64,000 nt of DNA from Malacoraja senta (lineage: Eukaryota). The position numbers were made by a program, and so were the translations under genes. A model generated the notes under the pieces. That model saw only the letters and a list, made by a program, of their open reading frames with translations. It searched no databases and was not told the DNA's origin. The number at the start of each line of letters is the position of its first letter. The stretch's first letter is position 1. Shown here piece by piece: positions 37,627-51,792 of this stretch. The stretch covers positions 62,001 to 126,000 of the forward strand of contig JAXLNO010000546.1 of assembly GCA_038087875.1 (NCBI GenBank), given 5' to 3'.

Positions 37627-38160
37627 CGAAAGTGTTACCACTCAGATTCCTATTATATATTTTCCCCTTCGCCTTGAACCTATGTTCTCTGGTCCTTGAT
37701 TCCCATACTCTGGGTAAAATGCTGTGCATCTACCCGATCATGATGTTGTATACCTCCATAAGATCTCCTCTCATCCTCCAACGCTCCATGGAATAGCCAC
37801 CCAGCCTACTCAACCTCTCCCAATAGCTGACACCCTCTAGTGCTGGCAACATCCTCGTAAATCCTTTCTGAACATTTCAAACTTGACAATATCTTTCTTA
37901 TAACTTGTTGCCCAGAACTGAACAAAATATTCCAAATACGGTCTCAACAACGCCTTATACAACTGCAACATGACCTCCCAATTTCTATATTCAATACTCT
38001 GACTGATAAAGGCCAATGTGCCGAAAGCCTTTTTTGCCACTATATCCACCTGTGACAACCTTCAAGGAACCATGCACCTGCATTTCTGGGGCCCTCTGAT
38101 CTACCAACTCCCCGGAGCCCTACCATTCACTGTGCAGGTCCTGCCCTTGTATGACGTCCC
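37627..38160 (-). mobile_element. CR1 ORF2 C-terminal fragment
   Basis: KKAFGTLAFISQSIEYR...RPYLEYFVQFW. Confidence 0.85.
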
Positions 38161-39320
38161 AAAAGAACGCGTTATCTGTTAAATATGACTGGTGCTATGA
38201 ACATGTGAAGTTTGAGTAACATACGGCGTTCCACAGAATATAACTAATATACGGAACATATTAATATAAGTATCGCCCTACTTCTCATCTTTTCCGACAG
38301 CAAGGTGTCTCTGTCTCATGATACAGAGAACGGGTTATCTGTTAACAGTGCCTGGCGGTAGAGACATCACATTTTGGCATGACACCGAACTTGAAGTGAG
38401 TGAAAAGTGAAGAACAGAACGATCTCATTTTGTATGCATGCGTGAGCAGAAATGAATCAAACATAATGAAAACATGTGTATTAACGACTAAGGCAGCTAA
38501 TCATAGTGCATGAAAACCCTTACCTGCAGCTGAATAATCGGCAAACATGCGTCAGATAATAAATGCAGAAGTGACCGGCACAGGGCGGGTATACCCTATA
38601 AGAAAGGATAAAACAGATATTGATAAGCGATATGATAAGAATCATTGCATCTGGCACAACAGAAATATGCATTTCCACCCATCATGTATTTGCTGCTCAA
38701 CAGAGAATATGTTCAGTTATTAGCAAATCATCTGCAGCCATTCTGATCTACTGCTCCTCGCTCCAATCTATGGTCGCTAGATTTATACCAGAACCACAGC
38801 TGCAGGGGTTAACTAAAATTATATAGCTTCAGCCTGCCTAGTGTGGGCATGCCTTCTCACTACAATTATCCAACTGACTGTCTGTCCAACGGAAAATATG
38901 GAATTAAGACCGTAGACAATTTAATGCTCAATACCCTCGTTGTACCGGTAATAAACATTCGAAAATGCACCACCTCAATCAAGCATGGGAAGCTGCTATG
39001 GACGATATGGAAGAGCTAGCCGAATCGATAAAGAATTGTTCTCATAGATGGAAGCAGAGGGAGGTGGCGGACGCTTGTTTTTCGGGCTGGAAGCTTGTGA
39101 GTCGTGGTGTGCCTTAGGTCTTGGTGCTACGCCCATTGCTGCGTGTGGTTTATATCCACAATATGGATGAGAATGTCAATAGCAGGATTAGTACTTGTGC
39201 AGAAAATAGAAGAGTGTTCGGCTTGTGAGTTGAATAATGTTCAATAGAGTTTAATGCAACTAAATGAGAGTTGTTGCATTTTGGGATAGAAACCAGAGCA
39301 GTACCTTCACAGTGAACAAT

Positions 39321-40020
39321 GTTCAGTTCACATTTATTGTCACATGCACAAATTAAGATTCAGTGATATTTGAGTTACGACACACCCACACAAATTAAAA
39401 TAACACAATACACAATAACTTTAACATAAACATCCACCACAGTGTAATTAGCAACCTTACTGTGTTGGAAGGCAATAAAGTTCAGTCATCTTCCTCCTTT
39501 GTTCACCCGTGGTCGGGGCATTGAACCCTACGCACTTGCCGTTGTGGATGGTCCGATGTTCAAGCCCTCTAGTCGGGATGATCGAAACTGCGACGTCGGG
39601 ATGGATCGGAACACACCGCGGCCTGGAGTTCCCGAATCGGCCGCTTCCTACCGGAGACCGCTGCTTCATGGTGTTAAAGCCAACGGGTGCGCTCAGAGCT
39701 CCAACATCGGTTATCCTCGGCAAATGATCGCAGCTCCGCGATGTTGAAGTCCGCACCGCGTCAGCGGCTCCAGGCCGGTGTCCGGGCAAGGCCACACCTA
39801 TCCAGTTGTTAGGCCGCGAGGTGGGCGAAGATGCGACACACAGAAAAGAATCATCTTCCTCGAGGTAAGTGACTGATAAAGCTATCCCCCGATCTCCCCC
39901 CTCCCCACATACCACATACCGAGAAACATTAAAACATACATTTTAGACACACAAAAAAAAAATAGTCCAAAGCACAAACGGCTGCTGGCGAGGCTTCCGC
40001 TCGCGGCGCCACCCGGTGGA
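39321..40020 (-). mobile_element. Non-coding SINE-like retroelement (independent insertion)
   Basis: 5' end TCCACCGGGTGGCGCC, nearly identical to the 5763-6500 copy; (TGAAC)n tail; empty site near 14415. Confidence 0.82.
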
Positions 40021-41664
40021 ATAGCAGGATCCGGGGACAGTTACAAAATGGAGGCAATTGCAGGTACAGGTTTGCTAAATGCATGCCACATTAATAGCTT
40101 CAGGTACAGAATTTGTGGACCAACGAATTTCCACTTTGTAAGAAAACGGGCATGTTTACTGCTACATTACTCGGTAGACCATGCATTGTGAAATTTTTGT
40201 CTTGGTTTGACTTCCGAAAATGCAACATGTCACATTGTACTGGATTAAACATCTGTAGCAATTCCTCGGCTGCCATAAATATCGATAAACTTACTTATCA
40301 AGCCTTGTACATTCTTACCCAAGACACAAACAGCAATGGACCCTCATCGATCCCAGCATTCAGTGCGATTCAAACTTCCAGGGCAGGCTGACTTGCTCAA
40401 TTGTGTGATAGATCTGCTGAACGTCTTGTTATTCTCGGAAGCATTTAGGCAAATTCTAGTCGAGAGTTTAAAGTGGTGGGATACCAGGGTGGGAACCAGG
40501 TAAGGCGCACAACGTTGCAATTTCTCACGTTTAGTCCAAATCCCTTTAACATATCCGATCAATGTTCGATTTTCTTTTTTTTAACGTATTGTCTCACCTA
40601 CATACACAACTATTAATTCACTGGGCAAATATATTACCATTTGGATAATCTCGGTAACTAAATGCAAATATATTTGACAAGAAGCATAGAAATCTGAAGT
40701 TTCGCACGATTCGCGTGCGATCAAAACAAATGTTCCTTTATCTGAAAAGTCACAATCAATTTGCGTTCGCAGCCACTCGCAAATAGCATGCCGACTTCAT
40801 GTTCCTCATGATCTACGAACTCCTTCTCCGACGTCAATATATTTTCTGAAGAACTGGAAGACTACACACTTCCTCATAATATACTTCCTCCATTGTTGTT
40901 TAGCCCAACCACTGATCCGCCTGTTTAAGTATGGGGTAGAGAATAATACAGCACAAGATAAGGCCCTACGGCCCAAGACAGCTTTGTCAAACATCATGCC
41001 TTATTAAAAAAATCACTTGGGCATGCAGGTGATTCTTGTCAACCCATTCCAGAGGCCCATCCCCAAAGCGCAGCCATCTCGTCTTGTTTCGCCATTTGCC
41101 TTGGCGTAGCGTTCCAGATAGATAACACACTCTGTGTATAGGCCGGGCCCAGCACATGTAATTTAAAGTTTCTGCCCTCGGACTTCAATCCTACGTCTTA
41201 TAATAGTTGACGTATCATTATTGCGAACTGTACCTTTCAGAATTTTGGAAGCAAAGGACAGGCCTCCCACACTTTCTCAGCAGGAGAGAATACAATCCAA
41301 GTGTTCATTTTTATCAAACGGTCCATATCCTCAATCAAAGCAGCACATTTGCAAACGTCTTGTGCCAAACTCATTATAAAGTACAAATCCTTCCAACAAT
41401 TGACTGAGCAGTACTGCACGCAAAACCCAAGTGCAGCCTAATATAAATGGAATACACCTGCAACATCTCTTTCTGATAAGTATATTAAAAACTATTAAAA
41501 ATTAAATTAAAAATTCGCTCCATAGATGCTGCCTCACCCACTGAGTTTCTCCAGCATTTTTGTCTACCTTCGACTTTCCAGCATCTGCAGCTCCTTCTTT
41601 AACATATTAAAAACCCAGACTGATTAAAAAAAGTAAACTATATACAAAGAAGTGTGAATTTAGT

Positions 41665-42070
41665 AGAGTAGGCTAGGTCTCTATTCCAAGGATGGATGAA
41701 GGGAGTTCTTACAGAGGAATACAAAATCATGAGATGGATAGATTGTTTAGATGCACTGTATCTTGCCGAGAGTAGGGGGAATCGCGAGCCAGAGGACATA
41801 GGTTACAGGTGAAGAAAAAAATATTTAAAAGTAATCCGGTGACTTCGTCACACAAAGGGTGGTGGGTATATGGAACAAAATGCCAGAGGAGGTAGGTGAG
41901 GCGCGGACTATCTCATGGTTTAAGAAACAGTTAAACAAGTTCATGGATATGACAGGTTTGGAGGGATATGAACCAAGCGCACGCTAGTTGGACTACTGTA
42001 GCTGGAACACAGTTAGCCAGTGTGGGCGAGTTTGTCCGAAGGGCCTGTTTCCACACTATCACTCTATATG
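41665..42070 (+). mobile_element. CR1 3' fragment
   Basis: AGGGTGGTGGGTATATGGAAC...GAAGGGCCTGTTTCCACAC. Confidence 0.78.
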
Positions 42071-43826
42071 CCAGTTTTCCCACTCTATCTACATATGTTG
42101 CTACGTTAATGAAGCCCTTGTGTTAAATCGTATCATTACGCTTTGCAGCAATGCTTGTTAAGTGTCTCATTAAGTGTCTTATTAAATGCTTGTTAAGTGT
42201 CTCTGTCCTTCCCCTGAACATTTTATATCTTTGCTTCACACCTGCTCCTTTTACTGTAAATCCACCAACATTTTCGGCTGGGTCTGGAACTGATCAATAT
42301 CTTGTTACCATTCCCAGTCTTCTTCATTCTGCAACACTGATATATGTGTTTGCAGATCCAATTAATAAGAAAACTGCCTGCACTCACGTAGACTCTTCTG
42401 TCGTTGACCCCTGTTGTAAAGATTGAGAACACACATACTTATTCCCATCACAGCTCGATAATTGGACTTTCTCCAGATGAACAGACACGTTGACGAACAG
42501 ATTCGTCATTGCATTTGCTCACCCATTTATTTTTCCATTTATGGAGAAAATCGGGCAAATTAACAAAAAACAACGAGTAAATACAGCGAAGGAATAACGG
42601 CGAAGGAATAGTGGGCTCAAATTACAATCATTCTTCATTTCGAAACGTCGACTGTCCATTTTCTGCACTGAATCAAACGTTATTTCCTCAGCCACCCCAT
42701 CGGAAATGAATATTACTGAAAAGATGACATGCACGGCTCGAGATACCCCTGCCCATAAACACACACGCACATAGACGCACAAACACACACTCACACAGTT
42801 GGTCAAAGAATGACTGTGTAAGGCACTATCTGTATCATCCGCTATCCGTTCCCCTTGGGATTGGTCGCATGTGTCTTCGCTGAGTTCCAGGAGTTCAGTG
42901 CACTCTCTATGAGGTTCGACCATCTTCCCTTAAATGATTAGAGCTATGGAATCATAGTCATTGAGTATTCCCTCATGGATATAGGCTATATGGCCCAACT
43001 GCCCAGATCGGCCAATATGGCCCGCTACACTCGTCCCACCTAACTGCATTTGGCCCATATCCCACGAAACATGTTCTATCCTTGCACCTGTGTAAATATT
43101 TCTTAAACTTTGCCATTTCACCTGCCTCAACGATCTTCTCTGGCAACTTTTTCCATAGACCAACCAACATTTGCGTGAAACGTTATCCCTCAGGTTCCCA
43201 TTAAACCTTTCCTACCTCTCCTTAATCCTTTGTTTTGTACACACCAAAAAGACAAATTCGCTTTCCCCTGCGCTCCAAGCAAGAATCCCAGCTTGCACTA
43301 CCTCTTCCCATAGCTCAGGCCTTCATGTCCTGGCAACATCCTCGTAAATCTTCTCTGCATCCATTCTTCAGCCTACTTCTTTCGCGGAGTTTGAGCTTTT
43401 GAAAAATACGTTGAATTGCTACGGCCCTGATTGAATTCTCTTTGTCTGCTGTCGAGATTGTTTATTACTGATGACCTCTAATCTTGACCACTCAAGTAAT
43501 ACAGTGAGAGTCACGACTGATCACTTGAAATGTAATGCGCTTGGAGGAAACTCCAATTTCTTTTGTTGGAGGGTGGTGAATGTGGAATTCATTGCCACAG
43601 AAGGTTGTAAGTCAATTCATATTTTTAGGGCGCAGATTGATATATATTTTTGATTGTTCGGATACAGGAGTTATGGGTAGAAGGCAGAAGAACGAGTGAA
43701 TGCGAAAGATAGATCAGCCGCCATCGAATGGCAGAATAACCTTGATTTTGTTATCACATCAATTGTGGACGTATAAAAAATGTCCACCATGCTTCACTCT
43801 GTCGCAGCGTACACATTTATTTTATA

Positions 43827-44579
43827 ATAGACTAAGTGGGATCCGTTGGGTCCCATGTTCACACGGGAGGGCTGGTCTCCCAACGCTTCGCCAATTCCAC
43901 TTCTCCGCCAATTACAATATTGGTGGCCAGTGGGGGGGAGGACTTGCTGGAGCGCTGGTATGGGTGTTGTGGGCTGCTTTTCCAGAGGGCTAGTATGGAC
44001 ATTGTGGGCCAAATGGATTCGTGGGCTGGCAGCTCAGTCAGTCAAGCCTGGTGGGCTGGGAGTTGCCTTACGGCTATTCCTAGAAATTCAATTTCAAGCA
44101 GAATGCAGGCCACCAAGTTCAAATGAGGTTTCCTACCATTTCAAGCAGGGTGCAAGGCCACCAAATTCAAAAGCAGTTTCATATAATTTTAAAAAGGGTC
44201 TAAGTCCACCTAATTCAAAAGCAGTTTCATACCATTTCAAGCAGGGTGCAAGGTCAGTAAGGTGACCTCTCCCTCCCCATCCTGCGGAGACTGAGCCACG
44301 CCCACACTTCTGGGTTTATAGTCCCTTCCCTCTCCCCACCGGAAAGGGTATGGCCATGGTGGTGATTGACAGGAAGTAGAATCTCAACATTTTTAATACA
44401 CTTATAACTCTTTTATTTTTAAACGATGGGAAAACCCGTCTTGTCCTGCGCAGCGGAGGGGGACTCTGAGTAAATTGGCCAAAAATCACAGTCTTAAGTA
44501 GTAGCGTTTTTTCTAATATCAATATGAAGTGCAAACAGGAAGTGGTCAAGATGACAATTTTAATTATATATATATATAT
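43827..44579 (-). mobile_element. Non-autonomous Helitron, uninterrupted paralogue of 1489-4939
   Basis: Same flanks; the 3' CTAG is mutated, the hairpin has one mismatch, and the 5' end has become (TA)n. Confidence 0.88.
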
Positions 44580-45401
44580 ATTCAATCACTTCTTGACAAG
44601 CCTTCGTTGCGGTTATTGCCTGATGGACCATATTCGTGCAATAATACTTGTATATGTCAGACCTGGGGTTTGGATAACGCACTACTTCGTGAACAACTTG
44701 GCCACGTTTCCTATGTTTTATACCTACCTGTTGTAAAGAACTGCTAGGCCACATTAGAATATCTGAAGTATAGAGGCAGATTGTTAGACACGTACAAAGA
44801 TGCGTGGTCGAGATGCATGTAGCGAAATCTGATATGGAATTCTGGCATTTATTTGTGTTTACGCAGGTAGTATTTGATGCAATGATATAAAATATGAACC
44901 AGATCTCAGCCTAAATTCAGTGTCCATCATAGTGTAGGAATAGGTGGTAGCATCGGAAAACGTGCAAGATGTTGGTGGAATGGACTGTTTCACTGTTGAG
45001 GAGAGTCGAGAGCAGTTAATTTTTATGACAACGAAGTTTAAGAGGGAACATGATTCGGATGTCCAATGTAATGGTAGGTAGACTCTATTGCTCAGAGGTA
45101 AACTATTCGCCAGGGAGCAGTTCGGCAAGTTAAGAGATCGGATCTACGGTGGAAACTTTTCACTCAGGGAGTAGTGATTACAGAGAAAATAATTTTGGAT
45201 GAAGTGATGGAAGCGGTTCGCTTGCATAATTTAACAAGTACCATGAAAAGTGCCAGAATAATCTAGGCACAGAAACCCACGGGCCAAATACTGCACGATA
45301 TTATTAATACGTCCAGTGACTGGACAAGTATCGCCCCAGTTCTCATTCTTTACGACAGCCACGTGTCTGTGTCTCATTATGCAGAGGATTGTTTATCTGT
45401 T

Positions 45402-46125
45402 CGAGTTCGAGTTCACGTTTATTATTATGCACCAATTAAGGGACAGTGATATTTGATTTACCATACAGCCATACTAAGTGAAAAGCAACAATACACACAG
45501 CCACATAAAAATAAAATTTAACATAAACATCCACCGCAACATTCCTCATTGTGATCGAAGGCAATAAAGTTCAGCCATTTTCTTCTTTTGGTCACCCGTG
45601 GTCGTGGCTGCACCCTCCGCAGTTCGCCGCTGCCGACGATCCGATGTCCAAGCACACGCGACGGAATGATCGAAACGCCGGTTTCGGGACGGACCAGAAC
45701 ACGCCGCATCAGGGAGCTCCCGAGTCGGCCACTTCTTACCCGAGACCATGATTCACAGTGTTAAAGTCCACAGAAACCGCGGTCGGTGCCCTTTTGCTGT
45801 CGTTCCTCGGCAACGGATCACAGGCTCCGCGATGGTAATTCCGCACCACGCCTGCGGCTTGAAGCTCCGGGCCGGTCTTCAGGAAAGGCCACACCACTCA
45901 CGTTGTTGGTCCGCAAGGGTGGGGGGCGGAGATACCTCATGGCGAAAAATCGCATCTCCGTCGACGTAACTGACGAAAAAATATTTCCCCTGAATCCCAC
46001 CCCCCACATTAAACAAACCAAGAAACACTGAATCCTACTTTAAAAATATAGTTACACTAATAAAAACAGAGAGGGACTGACAGATTGTTGGCGAAGCAGC
46101 TACCGCAGTGGCGCCACCCGATGGA
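45402..46125 (-). mobile_element. SINE-like retroelement, paralogue of 5763-6500
   Basis: Same ATCTGTT TSD (45395-45401, 46126-46132). Confidence 0.88.
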
Positions 46126-46679
46126 ATCTGTTAACTAGGACTGGCGGTGTAGACATCATCAGGTTTTGGCACGACACTGAACTCCAAGTGAGCAGAAAGT
46201 GTAAAACAGAACGTCCTCATTTTGTATGCATCAGTGAGCAGAAATGAGGCATACATAATGACAACGCGTATATTGCCGACTAGAGACTGAGGCGCCCGAT
46301 CATAGTGCATGACAACCCGCACCTGAGTAAGACTGATCAGCAAACATGCGTCAGAGAACAAATTACATTGTATATCCCTCATTAACAAGGGAAAAAGTAG
46401 AAGATAGACACAAAATGATGGAGTAACAACGGGACAGGCAGCGTTTCTCGAGAGAAGGAATGGGTGACGTTTTGGGTTGAGACCATTCTGCAGAGTGATA
46501 AAGCCGATATTGAGAAGCTATAAGACAAGAATTATTGCAGCTGGCACAAAAAAAGTATTTCCAACCTTCATGTAGTTGCCAGTCAACCGAGAATATGTTC
46601 CTTATTAGCAAATCGTCTGCAGCCTTTCTGATCGAACTGTCCTCTCACTACGGTCTACGTTCACTGGAATAATAAAGAT

Positions 46680-48950
46680 ATATAAAATAGATGCAGGAAG
46701 AGGCCATTTGCAGCATGATTCCGCTAGCACCAAGAGCTCTATCCAACTCTCTTTTTAAATTCATCAAGTGAATTGGCCACTACTGCCTTCTGTGGCAGAT
46801 AATTCCACAAATTCACAACTCTCTGGGTGAATACTTTTTCTCATCTCAGTTTTAAATAGCCTCCCGTTTATTCTTAGACTGTGGCCTCTGGTTCTGGTCC
46901 CCCCAACATTGGGAACACTTTTCCTGCATCTAGCTTGTCCATTCCTTTTATAATTTTACATGTGTCTATAAGATCCCCACTCACCCTTCCAAATACCAGA
47001 GAATATAAGCCTAGTCTTTCCAATCTATCCTCATATGACAGTCCCGCCATCCCAGGGATTGACCTCGTGAACCTACGCTGCTACAATAGCAAGGATGTCT
47101 TCCCTCAAATTAGGAGACCAAAACTGCACACAATACTCCAGATGTGGTCTCAACAAGGCCCGTACAACTGCAGAAGGACCTTTTTACTCCTATAGTCAAA
47201 TCCGCTCATTATGAAGGCGAACCTGTCATCGTTGCCTGCTGTACCTGCATGTTTACTTTCAGTGACTGGTGTACAAGGACACCCAGGTCTCGTTGCACTT
47301 CCATTTATCCTAATTTGACAGCATTGAGATAATAATCTGCCTCCTTGTTCTTGCCGGCAATGTGGATAACCTCACATTTATTTACATTATACTGCATCTG
47401 CCATGCATCTGCCCAGTCAGTCAACCTGTCCAATCCTGCAACCTCCTAGCAGCATCTTCGTAGTTCGCACTGCTACCCATCTCTGTGTCATCTGCAAATG
47501 TGCTAGTGTTACTTTCAATCCCTTCACATAAATCATTACTAAATATTGTAAATAGTTGCGCCCCATCATTGAGCCTTGGGGCACTCCAATCGCCACTGCC
47601 TGCCATTCTGACAGGGACCCGTTTATTCCTACTCTTTGTTTCCTGTCTGCCAACAAATCCTCGGTCCATGTCAATACCCTACCCCCAATACCATGTGCTC
47701 TAATATTGTCCACTAATTTCCTATGTGGGACCTTATTAAAGGCTTTCTGAAAGACAGATACACTATATGCACTCGCTCTCCTTCATCCCTTTTACTTGTC
47801 ACATCCTCAAAACATTCCAGAAGAGCACTCAAGCAGGATTTGCCTTTCATAAATCCATGCTGACCTGGATCAATCCTTTTACTGCTCTCCAAATGCGTCA
47901 TTATAACTTCTTTAACAATTGACCCAAACATCTTATCTACCACCGGTGTCAGGCTAAATGGTCTATAATTGCTCGTTTTTTCTCCCGCTCCTTTCTTCAA
48001 AATTGCATTAGTGTATCCTTGCATGAGTGTTTACTATTGCATGAGTGTTTACTATTCCTCAATTCTATCCACAGCGACTCTACATCGTCTGTTGCTATGT
48101 CACCCCTCGCAAGGGATGGAATTTCATCCCCCACCAACAGTTACCCCACCCCTCTGCCCACCTTCCAGTCTTTTCAATAGGTCGTATAATCCTGAATATT
48201 CATTTATCAGTCCCGATCCTCCTGCAGTCTTGTCTCTGTACAATGTCATATCTTCCAATCCCTGACTGAGCCTCAAGATCATCCACTTTACTTCTTATAC
48301 TTCGAACATTCATGTACAATAATTTTAATCCATTACTCACCTCATCTTTCACATCGATTCCTATTTGGCTTGGCCATACTCTCCCATCTCCTAGTGATCT
48401 TACTGCCCCTTTATTTCTGTGTTTTTCTGAACTTTCCCTAACCTCTCTTTCCCTTTAACTCGAACCTTGTATTTCCAATTTGTTCTTACCCCTCTCCCTC
48501 CACTATTTAATTTAAATCCGCTCGTGTAGCCGTGGCAAACCTGCCTGCCAGAATGCTGACCCCCCAGCCCCCCGCTCCTGTTAAGGAGTATCCCGCCCCT
48601 TTTGTACAATTCACCCTTAACCCAAAACAGACCCAGTGGTCTAAAAATCTAAATCCATGCCCCCTGCACCAGCTCCTCAGCCACTCATTCAGAACACCTA
48701 CCGCCCTGTTCCTACCCTCGGCCGCAGGAGGAACTAGAAGCAAACCGGAGATAAGCAAATAGGAGGTCCTGCTTTTCCGTCATCCTTGGAGCTCTCTAAA
48801 GTCACGCTGCAGAATATCTTTCCCCTTATTTGTGCCGACATGCACTACCACTTTCGGCTGCTCACCATCACGCTTGAGGATGCTCTGCAATCATTCCATT
48901 ATGTCCTGGATCCTCTCTTATGGGAGGCAACACGCCATCCTATAATCCCA
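46680..48950 (-). mobile_element. Old CR1 (ORF1 esterase to 3' end), paralogue of 7050-9745
   Basis: ISGLLLVP...LNEWLRSWCRGHGFRFLDHW (ORF1); RT pieces 47417-48024. Confidence 0.9.
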
Positions 48951-50977
48951 CCAAAGAACCCCAGCTGCAGGGATTAAAATAAATAAAAAATATACAGCTT
49001 CATGCTGACTAGTGAGACCAAGCATCCTCACTACATTTATCCAACTGCTTGTCTGCCATACGGATCGATAAAGAATAGTAAGTTTAAACGAGAACTTACC
49101 AGTTTGAAGTTTGATCTTTATTTTATGAGGAGTTACGGTGAGCGATCACGTGAAGAAGAAGCCCCGCCAGTCCGCATGCGTTTAAAATCTTCAAAGCAGC
49201 GGTGTGAACTCACAGATAACATCAGTCGAAGTAACATAGTAAGACTTAGAGAAGACTAGAAGTACCGAGTGACCTTTATGAGAGAGGGCAGGGAGCGGCG
49301 GGCATATAATCTCCTCATAAAATAAAGATCAAACTTCAAACTGGTAAGTTCTCGTTTAATCTTACTATTTTACTTCGGAGTCACGTGAGTGATTCCGTGA
49401 AGATTTCAAAGCTCTGAGATTTCATGCCGTGAGAAACGAGTCTACACAACCACAACTGCTTCATTGACAGATAAGGGAAGCATTCATAATGAATAAATAA
49501 TAGTAACTCCTCTCATCCGGGAGTAAACTAACCACTGAACATAAAATAGAGTTGACAAACACCCCTGGTCTGGCAATAGGTTATTATGAAATGTTCAGAA
49601 GTTCGTTCGCCCATCCTGCAGTCGCCAGGATGTGATCCAGCGGAACGTACATAATCACTGCTGCTGATGTCGTAGCAGCCCTGGTGGAGTGAGACTCGTA
49701 AAATATCAGTATCTACTCCTGTATGAGCCAAACCCCGTTTCAACCATTTGGAGATGGTCCAAACCAATACCTTTTTATACAGTTTTTTGTAATTAACAAA
49801 CATTGTTAGTTCAGAGCCTCTAAGGGTCTTCGTGACCTTGACGTATTGTTGTATATGTGTGACCATACACAACCGAAGGTTCATGAGGTATGCCATGAAA
49901 CTAGTTTGAGACTTCACGTCTGCTCTGCTTAAATAAACATTAAAATATAATATTATTTGCAAATGTAACCATCCTGTCCAGTCACAATATGTAGTGACTG
50001 AACCCGTTGCGCTGAGACCTGTGCCATGAGGATAACTACCGTATGAGAGCCGAGCCAAAGCTAAGGGTGTAGCTGGAGACCCATGGTGAAATAGTGTTAA
50101 TACCACATCAATATCCCATACTGCCCTGTGCTTGTCCTTGGAGAACTTGTGTGAAAGATATCCTTTATAACTCGGTATCAGGGGGTGAAACCCGACAGAG
50201 TGGGTCCCTTTTGCTGCAGCAAATATGATGGGAAGGCACGTTGGGCACAGTTAATGGTCCTATAACATAATTTATTGTCAAAGACACATTTGAAACGAAC
50301 TCCAAGACGCCAGTTATCTGTACCGTATTAGATGTAATTTAAGTATTTAAACAAACGCTTCCCATCTCCTGAAGAGGAAATGTAATGCTTACCTTTCTTG
50401 GTGCTATCCCTGCACTCTGCAGCGAGCACATACATGGATCGGTCTGACAATCCGAGCCGCAAGAGCGGTCTACTCAGAATCTATGTCAATAAATTGATTT
50501 TATCATGCAGAGGCTGGTTTCCCGAGCCACGGGCTGAAACAGCAAGTTTTATGTTTAGAATAACCGTAAAAGGTTGTATTATTATTCCCGACGAAGCATG
50601 GCTGCATAGGCCAGTCGGAAAGAACGACAACCTAGAGCGGGATCTTGCTGACTTTATTGCAAGACCCGATTAATGAGGCAAAATGAAGGGGGACAAACAT
50701 AACTTTTTTCTCCTTGTAGCGAGAATGTATCTTTTGCCACTGTTATGCCACATATTTTTGCAACCGGTAAATGTGTCTGGAAACAAACATATCGATTCGG
50801 TGTTCCATTGAGCCATAATTTCATTAAATGCTTTGATCCAACACCCATTTTGCCTTGTCATTGATTATACGTGATGATATTCCAACGTAAATTGAGATTA
50901 GGTAAATTATTACAGGATATTCTGTCTTGATTTCTCCCATGTGACTTACATACGCCACCACCATAGTGTATCAACTT

Positions 50978-51792
50978 AACAATACAATACAATACAATAC
51001 GGTTTTATTCGTCACATTGCACATAAAGTGCAAGTGAAATGAATTTGGCAGCAGCGGTACAATGAGAAAGAATACACTAAAACACAATAAAATTTAACAC
51101 AAACATCCACCACAGCATTCATCACTGCGGTGGAAGGCACACAATTTGGCCAGTCCTCCCCCATTTTCCCCCGTGGTCGGGAGCTCAACTCTCCGCAGTC
51201 GCCGCTGCGGGCGTCCAGATGAATGAAATTCAAGGTAAGACCTGAATCGGGTTCTCCCCCACCGGAGACCGCATCTTCAGGATGGTGTCGGCCGCAGGCC
51301 GGCGGCCGTTGATTTAAAGTTCGTGCCGCAGCCAGAAGCACCGCAGACCGCAGGGCCTGCGGTCGAAGTCGAAGCTCCCCTTCAGGGATCGACAGCGGGG
51401 GACCCCGCTCCCGATTGTAAGTCCACGCTGCGCCCGCGGTAGAAGTTGGCCGCGGGCCGGCAGTCGGAGTGGAAGCTTCTGCTTCCCGCGGGTCCCCCAC
51501 GAGGTATCCCGGGCTGCGGATGCCGCGCCAGCTGGACCTCTGCATACCGCGGCTTCAGGCTGCCGGCTGCCGCGGACCAGCGAACGGAACGCTCCCCTCC
51601 GGCGAGCCCCAGCTAGGGCTCGCCCGCTCCACGCCGAGAGTCCGTGCTGCGCCCGCCGCTGAAGCCCCGGGCGCGTCTCCGGGAAAGGCCGCACCGAACC
51701 TTGTTGTTAGGGCACGGGGGAGGCGACCTGGATAAAGTCGCCTCTCCGTGGAGGAGGCGTCCGAAACGGTTTCCCCCTTACCTCCCACACAA
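50978..51792 (-). mobile_element. SINE-like retroelement inserted in the old DIRS
   Basis: (ATTGT)n tail; shared ACATCCACCACAG...GGAAGGC and GGAAAGGCCGCACC...AAGTCGCCTCTCC blocks; continues at 52271-52285. Confidence 0.8.

Larger units (their letters stand above)
36860..38570. repeat. Old inverted duplication (arms about 36860-37620 and 38165-38570) with a roughly 165-bp internal repeat
   Basis: TCTGACGCATGCTTGCTGAT vs ATCGGCAAACATGCGTCAGA; GTTAACAGATAA...TGTATAATGAGACA at 37312 and 37477 vs the reverse copies near 38170 and 38335. Confidence 0.75.
42277..49076 (+). repeat. Segmental duplication, copy C
   Basis: Colinear with 1-10039; lacks the L2 and the two young CR1 insertions; ends at the DIRS insertion. 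Confidence 0.95.

Noticed and set aside
42388..42410. 23-nt minus-strand micro-exon (CAG...GTGAGT) of the size seen in TRIM genes
   Set aside because: The other two copies have CG rather than AG at the acceptor, so the AG probably arose by CpG decay; no RING, B-box or SPRY exons are present.
42151..42426. FSAGSGTDQYLVTIPSL resembles the immunoglobulin V framework 3 (SGSGSGTDFTLTISSL)
   Set aside because: No upstream Cys/Trp, no D-x-A-x-Y-x-C and no RSS; the paralogue at 31563 has a stop (TAA) in this frame.
46338..46372. CAGCAAACATGCGTCA resembles the MHC class II X1/X2 box
   Set aside because: X1-X2 spacing is off by one, there is no ATTGG Y box downstream, and no MHC exons are seen.
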